From Betaproteobacteria bacterium (lineage in GTDB: Bacteria > Pseudomonadota > Gammaproteobacteria > Burkholderiales > SG8-41), in assembly GCA_043752435.1 (NCBI GenBank), contig JAYUYQ010000077.1, positions 1 to 35,326 of the forward strand: DNA of 35,326 nucleotides. The letters are read 5' to 3'. The notes below the pieces were generated by a model, which searched no databases, was not told the origin of the DNA, and saw nothing but the letters and a program-made list of their open reading frames with translations. Positions 1-8,424 of this stretch are shown here, piece after piece. The translations under genes were made by a program, and so were the position numbers. Position 1 is the stretch's first letter; every line of letters begins with the position of its first letter.

Positions 1-86
1 CGGCGATTTACGCTGTGGCTGAAACTGCTGCGGCTGCTGCCCTACCGCTGGTATTTTGCCTTGATACACAAAGGGACGGGAATGTG

Positions 87-530
87 ATGAAGGACCGCGT
101 CGATGCGCTGGTGCAATTTTTTGAGACATTGACGCCGCAATCCGTTTCCGGGCTGCAGCGTTTTTATACCGAAGACTGCTGCTTCAAGGACCCGTTCAAC
201 GACGTGCGCGGACTGGACGCGCTGGCGGTGATCTTCCGTCATATGTTCGATCAGCTCGAGGCACCGCGTTTTATCGTGCGCGAGCGCGTGGTGGAGTTGC
301 CGCGCGTGTTGCTGACCTGGGATTTCGAATTCTGTTTTCGCCGCTGGCAACCGCAGGTCACGCAGCGCATTCACGGCGCAAGCCTGCTGACCTTTGATGG
401 TGCGGGGCTGGTGGCGGTGCACCGCGACTACTGGGATGCAGCGGAAGAGTTATACGAAAAACTGCCAGGAATCGGGGCTTTGATGCGCCTGCTGAAACGA
501 CAAGCGCGCCCTGCGGCGCGCTTGGAATGA
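87..530 (+). CDS. SnoaL-like / NTF2-fold family protein (function unknown)
   Basis: ORF 15..530. The ATG at 87 (MKDRVDALVQFFETL...), preceded by purine-rich aagggacggg, is a more plausible start than the GTG at 15. The size (~147 aa) and sequence pattern resemble small NTF2/SnoaL-like proteins. This is family recognition from memory only. Confidence 0.55.
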   Translation: MKDRVDALVQFFETLTPQSVSGLQRFYTEDCCFKDPFNDVRGLDALAVIFRHMFDQLEAPRFIVRERVVELPRVLLTWDFEFCFRRWQPQVTQRIHGASLLTFDGAGLVAVHRDYWDAAEELYEKLPGIGALMRLLKRQARPAARLE

Positions 531-559
531 TTACATAAGTATTTGATTTATTTATACTT

Positions 560-1126
560 TTAATCCATATACTCGAATACCCGGACCACCTTGCGCACGC
601 CGCCAGTGGTGCGCGCGACCTCAGTGGCATCCGCGGCTTCCTGACGGTTGACCATGCCCAGCAGGTAGACCACGCCATTTTCGGAAACCACCTTGACGTG
701 TACGGGACTGAATTTTCTGCCATCGACGAAGCGCGCTTTTACCTTGGAGGTCAGTATTGAGTCGTTGGTACGCGACTGCAGCGAGGCATTGCCAGCAACC
801 TGAAGTTCGTTGAACACGCTGCGCACATTTTCCACCGCTCGCGCAATACGCTCGGCATCCGTCTTGGCGGCTTCGCTCGGCACTTCGCCGGTCAGCAGCA
901 CCGCGCGGTTGTAACTGGTGATATTGATGTGCGCGTCGCGTACTTTTTCCTCGATCCGGTTCGCCGACCTGATTTCGATGCCCTGGTCTTCGGTGATGGT
1001 GCCTAACGTGCGGCGGTCTTCGCCGACGATGAAGCCGGTTGCGGCAGCGCCACCGAGTGCCACAGCCATACATCCGGTGAGCGCTGGCAACAACGCGATG
1101 CAGATCAATGTCAAAAGCTTGCGCAT
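560..1126 (-). CDS. dolP: BON-domain outer-membrane lipoprotein, DolP/YraP (OsmY family)
   Basis: 188-aa ORF. The N-terminus MRKLLTLICIALLPALTGC has a signal peptide plus an L-T-G-C lipobox. Two BON-like repeats are present (...ITSYNRAVLLTGEV... and ...VSENGVVYLLGMV...). It lies next to diaA/yraN/lpoA/rsmI, as in the E. coli yraL-yraP locus. Confidence 0.8.
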   Translation of the reverse strand: MRKLLTLICIALLPALTGCMAVALGGAAATGFIVGEDRRTLGTITEDQGIEIRSANRIEEKVRDAHINITSYNRAVLLTGEVPSEAAKTDAERIARAVENVRSVFNELQVAGNASLQSRTNDSILTSKVKARFVDGRKFSPVHVKVVSENGVVYLLGMVNRQEAADATEVARTTGGVRKVVRVFEYMD

Positions 1127-1162
1127 GTATTTAACCCCTGAAATTATTCAATGCCTAACGGT

Positions 1163-2125
<963 letters not shown>

Positions 2126-2142
<17 letters not shown>

Positions 2143-3271
2143 GAGGCGCCGGATCTGTCGCCAGCGGGCGACCTTCGCTGTAACGCCCGGCGACCAGTTC
2201 CCGTTCAATGTGACCGTCCGCACCCAGCGTCAGTTGCCCGGTCACGCCATCGAGGCGGATGTCGCGGGCGCCGCTGAGCAGCAGCTGGGCGATGCGCCAG
2301 GCGTCAATGCCGAGCGCGTAAAACCGTTCCAGATCCATGGACGCCAGCGGTTTTGAACGGGCGTAGACCATCACCGCGGCGTGATTGGGCTCGAGCAGCC
2401 ATGGCATGTCGACGAAATTAACGCCGGCCAGGTCGAATCCGGCGAGCGGTCCCTGATCGCTGGCATGTACGCCGGAGGTGGCATAAATCGGTGTTGCGCC
2501 CAGAAAGGAGCGCACGATGCGGGCTTCGGTATAGCCCAGTGCCAGAAAATACATGTCGGCCGCGCTGCCACTGCGCGTGATGGCTTTCAGCTTGTCCGGA
2601 TCGGGGGCATAGGCCACATCCGTCGCCACCCTGCCGCCCAGGCGCATGAACTCGCCGGCGAATGCGGCTTGCATGCGACGCTCTACCGGGCTGCCGCCAT
2701 TGAGGGTGACCGCAGTACGGCGGCCGTCGCGCCAGGCAATCTGTGCAACCTGTCGCGCTTCCGTTTCGATCTGCAGGCTCAGCAGATACAGGTTGCCGGG
2801 ATTGCGTCCGGTGTTGTCCGGCACGTTGAGCGCCAGCGTGGGCACCGGCACCGGCTCGCCGAAGGCCAGCGCGGTGACGGCATCCCGCGTCAACGGTCCC
2901 ACGATGACCTGCGCGCCGGCGGCCACGGCTGCGCGATAACCCTCGAGCACATTGGCCACGTTTTCGGAGACCGCGTATTCGCGCACCGGAACCGGTGTCC
3001 GGCTTTGTGCCTTGGCTGCGGCCCGGAAGCCGTCGCGCAGCGCCGTAGCATGGCGGCCGAATATTTTTGAATTCACCGGCAACAGCAGCGCGATATGCGG
3101 CACCTGGGTTGTAGCGGCAATGGCGCCGGTTTGCGGCGTCGCGTCGCTGGCCAATGCCGTGGGCGCTCCGTATAGTGCGAGCACGCAGGCGGAGATAATC
3201 GCTGTACTGCGGGTCGCTGTAATGCGGACCGCAGCAATGCGGTGCATATATTGCGACAGGTGATGAATCAT
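2126..3271 (-). CDS. lpoA: Penicillin-binding protein activator LpoA-like (periplasmic-binding-protein type I fold, short form)
   Basis: 381-aa ORF with an N-terminal signal sequence (AIISACVLALYGAPTALA/SD). The body resembles Leu/Ile/Val-binding-type periplasmic domains. It is divergent from rsmI and upstream of yraN, which is the conserved LpoA position. The alternative start at Met9 is at 3247. Confidence 0.7.
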
Positions 3272-3316
3272 TCGGTTAATCCGGCAGTGGGACGGGGCGT
3301 GGACACAGATCGCGGG

Positions 3317-3376
3317 ATGGTGGGTGAGAGAATGATCGGTGAGAGGATGGTCGGTGAGAAGATGGTCGGTGAGTCA
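3317..3376 (+). repeat. 4 x 15-bp in-frame tandem repeat (ATGRTSGGTGAGNNN) at the rsmI 5' end
   Basis: Read directly from the sequence: ATGGTGGGTGAGAGA / ATGATCGGTGAGAGG / ATGGTCGGTGAGAAG / ATGGTCGGTGAGTCA at 3317, 3332, 3347 and 3362. They encode [20 protein letters not shown]. Confidence 0.9.
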
Positions 3377-4243
3377 GTGACGGTCAACAAGGCGACATTA
3401 TATGTAGTCGCCACGCCCATCGGAAATCTCGGCGACATCACCTTGCGCGCGCTGGAGGTGCTGAAGGCCGCGGATATCATTGCCGCCGAAGACACCCGGG
3501 TTACGATCCGCCTGCTCAATCGCCACGGTATCTCCGGCAGACTGGTGGCCGTGCATGAACACAATGAGCGCCGCGCCGCGGAACGCGTGACCGGCCTGCT
3601 GGCGGAGGGCAAAACGGTGGCGCTGGTCAGCGACGCCGGCACGCCGGGCATTGCCGACCCAGGGGCGCAGGTGGTGGCAGCGGTGCGCGCCGCGGGTTAT
3701 GCGGTGGTGCCGATCCCCGGGCCGAATGCGGCGGCGGCAGTGTTGTCGGCCAGCGGCTTCGAGGCGAGCCGCTTCCTGTTTTGCGGTTTTCTGCCGGCAC
3801 GCGCGGCCGAACGCCGCCGCGAACTGGCGGAACTTGTGGCGCAGACCGCGCTGCTGGTGTTTTATGAAGCACCGCATCGCGTCGTCAGCAGCGTTGCCGA
3901 CCTGTGTGCCGCTTTCGGCGGAGCCCGCCATATCGTCATTGCGCGCGAGCTGACCAAAATCCACGAAAACCTGCATCGCTGCAGGCTCGATGAGGCCGTG
4001 GCCTGGCTTGAGGCCGACGACAATCACCGGCGCGGAGAGTTTGTACTGGTGGTCGAGGGCGCTGTAGCGATGAACTCGTCACCGGCCGGGATCGATATCG
4101 AAGCCGTGCTGAAAACTCTGCTGGCTGAGTTACCCGTCAAACAGGCCGTGGCGCTTGCGGTAAAGCTGACCGGGGGCAATCGCAACGCACTGTACAAGCT
4201 TGCACTCACGCTCAAGGCAGACATGAGCGAAGGTAAAATTTGA
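3362..4243 (+). CDS. rsmI: 16S rRNA (cytidine1402-2'-O)-methyltransferase RsmI
   Basis: ORF 3242..4243. Motifs [43 protein letters not shown] and [16 protein letters not shown] closely parallel E. coli RsmI. The start is ambiguous among the in-frame ATGs at 3317, 3332, 3347 and 3362. The one at 3362 leaves ~12 aa before LYVV, similar to E. coli. The ATG at 3242 would overlap the lpoA start. Confidence 0.9.
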   Translation: MVGESVTVNKATLYVVATPIGNLGDITLRALEVLKAADIIAAEDTRVTIRLLNRHGISGRLVAVHEHNERRAAERVTGLLAEGKTVALVSDAGTPGIADPGAQVVAAVRAAGYAVVPIPGPNAAAAVLSASGFEASRFLFCGFLPARAAERRRELAELVAQTALLVFYEAPHRVVSSVADLCAAFGGARHIVIARELTKIHENLHRCRLDEAVAWLEADDNHRRGEFVLVVEGAVAMNSSPAGIDIEAVLKTLLAELPVKQAVALAVKLTGGNRNALYKLALTLKADMSEGKI

Positions 4244-4280
4244 GGCACCGCAATTTACTGTTGTCCATGCACCGTTTACC

Positions 4281-5357
4281 ATGCAAGTCGCCATGAATAC
4301 ATCTACCCGCAGTACGTCCATCAGTATGCTTACCATTACCCGTCCCGACGACTGGCATCTTCATCTGCGCGACGGTACGGCGATGCGCGATGTGCTGCCG
4401 CATACCGCTGCGCGGTTTGCGCGCGCCATTGTCATGCCCAACCTGAAGCCGCCGGTGACCACCACCGAGCTGGCGCTGGCTTACCGCGACCGTATCCGTG
4501 CGGCGCTGCCCGCGGGGAGCCGCTTTGAGCCGCTGATGACGCTGTACCTGACCGACAACACGCGACCGGAAGAAATCGACAAGGCCAAAAAAAGCGGTGC
4601 AGTGCATGCAGTGAAATATTACCCGGCGGGTGCGACGACCAACTCTGATTCTGGCGTGAGCGCAATCGAGAAATGTTTTCCGGTGCTGGCCGCGATGGAA
4701 AAAGCCGGCATGCCGCTGCTGGTACATGGTGAAGTGACGGATCCGGGCGTCGACGTGTTTGACCGCGAACGCGTATTCATTGAGCGCACGCTGGCGCCTC
4801 TGGTGGAACGCTTCCAGGGTTTGAAAGTGGTGATGGAGCACATCACCACGCGCGAAGCCACCGTGTTCGTCACCGCAGCCCCGGAGCGCATCGCAGCAAC
4901 ACTGACGCCGCAACACCTGCTGCTCAACCGCAATGCGATGTTCACCGGCGGCGTGCGGCCGCACAACTACTGCCTGCCGATACTCAAGCGCGAAACCCAC
5001 CGCGCAGCGCTGGTGGCTGCGGCGATCAGCGGCAATCCGAAATTTTTCCTCGGCACCGACAGCGCGCCGCATGCGCGGCATACCAAGGAAAACGACTGTG
5101 GCTGCGCCGGCATGTACACCGCGCATGCCGGCATTGAGTTGTATGCCGAAGTGTTTGCGGCGGCGGGCGCGCTTGACCGGCTCGAGGGGTTTGCCAGTCA
5201 TTTCGGCGCGGATTTTTACGGGCTGCCGCGCAACCGGGACAAGATCACGCTTAAGCTGGAACCGTGGGACGTGCCGGCCAGCGTGCCGTTTGGCGCCGAC
5301 ACGTTGGTACCGATGCGCGCAGGCGCCGCGGTCCAGTGGAGGATCACCGCCTCTTGA
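4281..5357 (+). CDS. pyrC: Dihydroorotase, homodimeric type (PyrC)
   Basis: The motif [12 protein letters not shown] (metal-binding HxH) occurs near the N-terminus, followed by [23 protein letters not shown] and FLGTDSAPH. Length is ~345-358 aa. Alternative starts are at 4293 and 4326, and none has a clear SD. Confidence 0.9.
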   Translation: MQVAMNTSTRSTSISMLTITRPDDWHLHLRDGTAMRDVLPHTAARFARAIVMPNLKPPVTTTELALAYRDRIRAALPAGSRFEPLMTLYLTDNTRPEEIDKAKKSGAVHAVKYYPAGATTNSDSGVSAIEKCFPVLAAMEKAGMPLLVHGEVTDPGVDVFDRERVFIERTLAPLVERFQGLKVVMEHITTREATVFVTAAPERIAATLTPQHLLLNRNAMFTGGVRPHNYCLPILKRETHRAALVAAAISGNPKFFLGTDSAPHARHTKENDCGCAGMYTAHAGIELYAEVFAAAGALDRLEGFASHFGADFYGLPRNRDKITLKLEPWDVPASVPFGADTLVPMRAGAAVQWRITAS

Positions 5358-5974
5358 GCGTCCCCGGACCCAAGCATTCCGCAGGCGCCGGATTGGCGCC
5401 GCTACCGCAGGACGACCCGTTTCATTACAGCCAGCTTGATCTGCCCCGCGGCGACCTGTGGATATTCACCTACGGCTCACTGATGTGGGACCCCGCATTT
5501 CGTTTCAATCGTTCGGCGCCGGCGCTGCTGCGCGGCTATCACCGCGCATTCTGTATTTATTCCAGCCGTTATCGCGGCACGGTGGCAGCCCCCGGATTGG
5601 TGCTCGGCCTGGATTGCGGCGGGGCCTGCAAGGGCACGGCGTATTGCATCGCTGCCGCGGATGTTCCCGATGCGCTGGAAGCCTTGTGGTTGCGCGAGAT
5701 GCGGCGGCGGGTGTACGTGCCACGGTTGTTGCCGGTCAGCATGGGCATAGGGCGCCAGACGGCATTGACCTTCCTCGCCAATCGTTTCCACGACGGTTAC
5801 GCTGGTCAGCTGGAACTCGACACGGCCGCCAGCATCATCGCCGCCTGTTGCGGTGAGCGCGGACCCAATGTCGATTACCTGGTGAACACCCTGCGCCACC
5901 TTGATGCGCTGGGTGTGCATGATCGTCATTTGCACGATCTGCTGGCGGCAGTGCGCGCGCGCGAGTCGCGCTGA
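5354..5974 (+). CDS. chaC: ChaC-family gamma-glutamylcyclotransferase
   Basis: ORF 5264..5974. The motif [11 protein letters not shown]...LRGYHRAFC...[15 protein letters not shown] is the ChaC signature. The ATG at 5264 lies 94 nt inside pyrC. The in-frame TTG at 5354 overlaps the pyrC TGA (cTTGAg) and sits 10 nt after GGAGGA (5338-5343), so it is the preferred start. Confidence 0.78.
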   Translation: MSVPGPKHSAGAGLAPLPQDDPFHYSQLDLPRGDLWIFTYGSLMWDPAFRFNRSAPALLRGYHRAFCIYSSRYRGTVAAPGLVLGLDCGGACKGTAYCIAAADVPDALEALWLREMRRRVYVPRLLPVSMGIGRQTALTFLANRFHDGYAGQLELDTAASIIAACCGERGPNVDYLVNTLRHLDALGVHDRHLHDLLAAVRARESR

Positions 5975-5991
5975 CCGATGATTACGTCGGA

Positions 5992-6016
5992 TTGACAGGT
6001 GTCTCCATGATAAAAT
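5992..6016 (+). promoter_or_regulatory. Candidate rnpB promoter (extended -10 TGaTAAAAT; upstream TTGACA)
   Basis: TG at 6008-6009 and TAAAAT at 6011-6016 lie 7 nt upstream of the predicted mature 5' end at 6024. A TTGACA at 5992-5997 is separated by only 13 nt, which is a suboptimal spacer, so the extended -10 reading is favoured. Confidence 0.4.
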
Positions 6017-6023
6017 CCGTGAT

Positions 6024-6389
6024 GAAGCTGGCTAGGCAATCGCTGTGCGCGGAATAAACCGGACAAGGCAACTTGTCCGTGCCGTGCATAGAGGAAAGTC
6101 CGGGCTCCATAGGGTAGGGTGACGGGTAACGCCCGTCCGCCGTGAGGCGAGGAATAGGGCCACAGAGACGAGTCCGCTGGGCGGTGGGTTGTGAGTGCGG
6201 CGACGTGCTCTCTTCTCCGGCCCGACCAGCGGGGTGAAACGCGGTAACCTCCACCCGGAGCAACACCGAATAGGCAAGCGTTGACGCGTCCCGCCGAGCT
6301 TGCGGGTAGGTGGCTTGAGCCGTGCAGCAATGTATGGCCCAGAGGAATGGTTGCCCACGACAGAACCCGGCTTAACGGCCAGCTTCACT
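6024..6389 (+). ncRNA. rnpB: RNase P RNA, bacterial type A (M1 RNA)
   Basis: The universally conserved blocks GAGGAAAGTCCGGGCTCCATAGGG...GGTAACGCC and ACAGAACCCGGCTTA (the two P4 strands) are present. The P1 helix forms between GAAGCTGGC (6024-6032) and GCCAGCTTC (6378-6386). The overall order and length (~366 nt) match E. coli rnpB. Confidence 0.93.
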
Positions 6390-6663
6390 TTTCCTCTGCA
6401 GGCCATTCTTTGGGAAGGCTGCCCTGGTTTTTCGGGGCCATTCCCACTTCAATGTGGATTTTGGCGTGCTGTCGTCAGGCAGCGACGCCCCAATCTGTTG
6501 TAATTGCCTGATTTTTAAGCATAATTACTTAATGCGCTACATTCAGTACGCGCAATATCCTATTGTTTTTATTGATGTATTACTGCAAGAAAAAACAGTA
6601 AAAACGCAGTCAACAAGTTGCTGTAAGTCGTTGTCCTTAAAAAGGAATTTGATAATTTGACCC

Positions 6664-6692
6664 TTGACCCACATCGCTCAGTTATTTATAGT
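6664..6692 (+). promoter_or_regulatory. Candidate dcw-cluster promoter (Pmra-like): -35 TTGACC, 17-nt spacer, -10 TATAGT
   Basis: TTGACC at 6664-6669 (with a second overlapping TTGACC at 6657-6662), exactly 17 nt of spacer, and TATAGT at 6687-6692. The promoter is ~80 nt upstream of the mraZ GTG and immediately downstream of an AT-rich tract. Confidence 0.6.
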
Positions 6693-6715
6693 GGGACGAA
6701 GTGGTAAAAAGTGGG
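6691..6715 (+). promoter_or_regulatory. Putative MraZ operator: three direct GTGG(G/T) boxes with 10-bp phasing
   Basis: GTGGGacgaa GTGGTaaaaa GTGGGagaat starting at 6691, 6701 and 6711. This matches the published MraZ site architecture, which is direct TGGGN-type repeats with 5-nt spacers at the mra promoter. The boxes overlap the -10/+1 region. Confidence 0.6.
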
Positions 6716-6770
6716 AGAATTGCTGCCGGGCCTCCGGTAACGCAAGACTTCCGCGGTCAAGGGGGAAAGC

Positions 6771-7217
6771 GTGTTTCGCGGGGTCGCACAACTCAATCTC
6801 GACAGCAAAGGCAGGCTCGCCGTTCCGGCGCGCCATCGCGATGCGCTGCTCGAACGTTGCGCGGGTCACCTGGTGATCACCGCCGATGCGGATCACTGCC
6901 TGCTGGTTTATCCGCTGCCCGATTGGGAGCTCATCCAGCAAAAACTCGAAGGTTTGTCGAATCTTGATCCGCGGGTGCGTGAACTGCAGCGACGCCTGAT
7001 CGGTTTCGCCGTGGATGTTGATATGGACGGTGCGGGGCGGGTACTGATTTCGCCTGAGCTGCGACGTTTCGCACAACTGGAAAAAAGCGTGGTGCTGGTC
7101 GGACAGGGCCGCAAATTCGAATTGTGGAATGACGAGCGCTGGACGCAATTGATCGACAGCGCGGGCAGTTTCGGCGCCGGCGGTTTGCCGGTGGAGCTGG
7201 AGGGCTTCTCCTTGTGA
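6771..7217 (+). CDS. mraZ: Transcriptional regulator MraZ
   Basis: 148 aa. It starts with GTG after aagggggaaagc, and [23 protein letters not shown] is the typical MraZ N-terminus. Two SpoVT/AbrB-like halves are present. It is the first gene of the dcw cluster. Confidence 0.93.
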   Translation: MFRGVAQLNLDSKGRLAVPARHRDALLERCAGHLVITADADHCLLVYPLPDWELIQQKLEGLSNLDPRVRELQRRLIGFAVDVDMDGAGRVLISPELRRFAQLEKSVVLVGQGRKFELWNDERWTQLIDSAGSFGAGGLPVELEGFSL

Positions 7218-8149
7218 CAAGCGGCGCGCATGCCGCGGTGCTCGCGCAGGAAGCCATAGCAGCATTGAACATCCGGTCCGACGGCATTTATGTCGACTGT
7301 ACGTTTGGCAGAGGCGGTCACAGCCGTTTGATTCTGGAGCGGCTGGGCAAAGGAGGGCGATTGGTGGCGCTGGATCGCGATCCCGAAGCGGTAGAGGCAG
7401 GACTTGCGGTGAACGACCCGCGATTCACGATTCTGCACAGCGCGTTCAGCCGGGTTGCTGCAGTGCTGCGGGAGAACGGTGTGATGGCGGCGGACGGCGT
7501 GCTGTTGGATATCGGCGTGTCGTCACCGCAGCTGGACGATGCGCGTCGCGGGTTCAGTTTTCGCCACGACGCGCCGCTCGATATGCGTATGGATCCGGGG
7601 CATGGCATCAGCGCGGCGCAATGGCTGGCCACGGCAGACGAAGCGGAAATCAGGGAGGTCATCAGGGACCATGGCGAAGAACGGTTTGCTAAACAGATTG
7701 CAGCAGCGATTGTTGCGGCTCGGACGCGGGGACCTGTTGACACCACACGACAACTTGCCGCGATCGTGGCAGAAGCCGTTCCCGCGCGCGAACCACGCCA
7801 GGATCCGGCGACGCGCACTTTTCAAGCTATACGGATTCACATCAATCAGGAGCTTGAGGAGTTATCGGTAGTGCTGCCGCAATGCGTTGACCTGCTGCAG
7901 CCGGATGGCAGGCTGGTGGTCATCGCTTTTCATTCACTGGAAGATCGCATCGTAAAGCGCTTCCTGCGCACGCAGTCGCAGGCAGACGCGCTGCCGGCGC
8001 GGTTGCCGGTGCGCGCCCGCGATCTGCCGCAGCCGCGGATGCGGCTGATCGGCCGTGCGCAGCGCGCCAGTGCTGCAGAAGTTGCGGCCAACGCGCGTGC
8101 GCGCAGCGCAGTACTGCGGGTTGCCGAACGCAATGGGGCGGCAACATGA
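7214..8149 (+). CDS. rsmH: 16S rRNA (cytosine1402-N4)-methyltransferase RsmH (MraW)
   Basis: 311 aa. Motifs [11 protein letters not shown]......[24 protein letters not shown]...RGFSF and [10 protein letters not shown]. The GTG start overlaps the mraZ stop (GTGA). Confidence 0.93.
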   Translation: MTSGAHAAVLAQEAIAALNIRSDGIYVDCTFGRGGHSRLILERLGKGGRLVALDRDPEAVEAGLAVNDPRFTILHSAFSRVAAVLRENGVMAADGVLLDIGVSSPQLDDARRGFSFRHDAPLDMRMDPGHGISAAQWLATADEAEIREVIRDHGEERFAKQIAAAIVAARTRGPVDTTRQLAAIVAEAVPAREPRQDPATRTFQAIRIHINQELEELSVVLPQCVDLLQPDGRLVVIAFHSLEDRIVKRFLRTQSQADALPARLPVRARDLPQPRMRLIGRAQRASAAEVAANARARSAVLRVAERNGAAT

Positions 8150-8424
8150 CCGCGCGTCTGACCTTCATTCTGCTCGCTGCGCTGATGGTGTGCGCGATGG
8201 CGCTGGTGTCTTCACAGCATAAGGCGCGCAAGCTCTTCGTCGAGCTGCAGAAAGAGCAGGCAGTAGCGAAGCAACTGGACGTCGAGTGGGGCCAGTTGCA
8301 GCTCGAGCAGGGCACCTGGGGAACCCACGCGCGCATTGAGCGCATCGCCACCCGTGAACTGAACATGCGGCTGCCGGCGGCGAACCGGGTTGAGGTGGTT
8401 GCAGCACCGGAGGCCCGACCATGA
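8146..8424 (+). CDS. ftsL: Cell division protein FtsL
   Basis: 92 aa, with a single N-terminal TM segment ([17 protein letters not shown]) followed by a coiled-coil region. It sits between rsmH and ftsI with ATGA overlaps on both sides. Confidence 0.85.
   Translation: MTARLTFILLAALMVCAMALVSSQHKARKLFVELQKEQAVAKQLDVEWGQLQLEQGTWGTHARIERIATRELNMRLPAANRVEVVAAPEARP

Noticed and set aside
531-559. AT-rich imperfect inverted repeat (AAGTAT ... ATACTT) between the convergent SnoaL-like and dolP genes, considered as a bidirectional terminator.
   Set aside because: The stem is only ~6 A/T base pairs, which is not thermodynamically convincing.
4212-5201. 329-aa minus-strand ORF antisense to pyrC. Similar cases are 16330..17364 antisense to ftsW/murG, 20198..21166 antisense to ddl and 21513..22472 antisense to ftsQ/ftsA.
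   Set aside because: All are shadow ORFs opposite genes with clear family signatures. None has an SD/start context or a recognisable domain.
5926-6406. Three minus-strand ORFs (134, 94 and 124 aa) and small plus-strand ORFs in the chaC-mraZ gap.
   Set aside because: They overlap the RNase P RNA gene, and structured GC-rich RNA genes commonly contain spurious ORFs.
6454-6660. 68-aa plus-strand ORF inside the AT-rich island upstream of mraZ.
   Set aside because: It has no SD, an odd composition (Cys/Ile/Leu/Tyr-rich, driven by AT content) and no motif. The region is more likely regulatory DNA.
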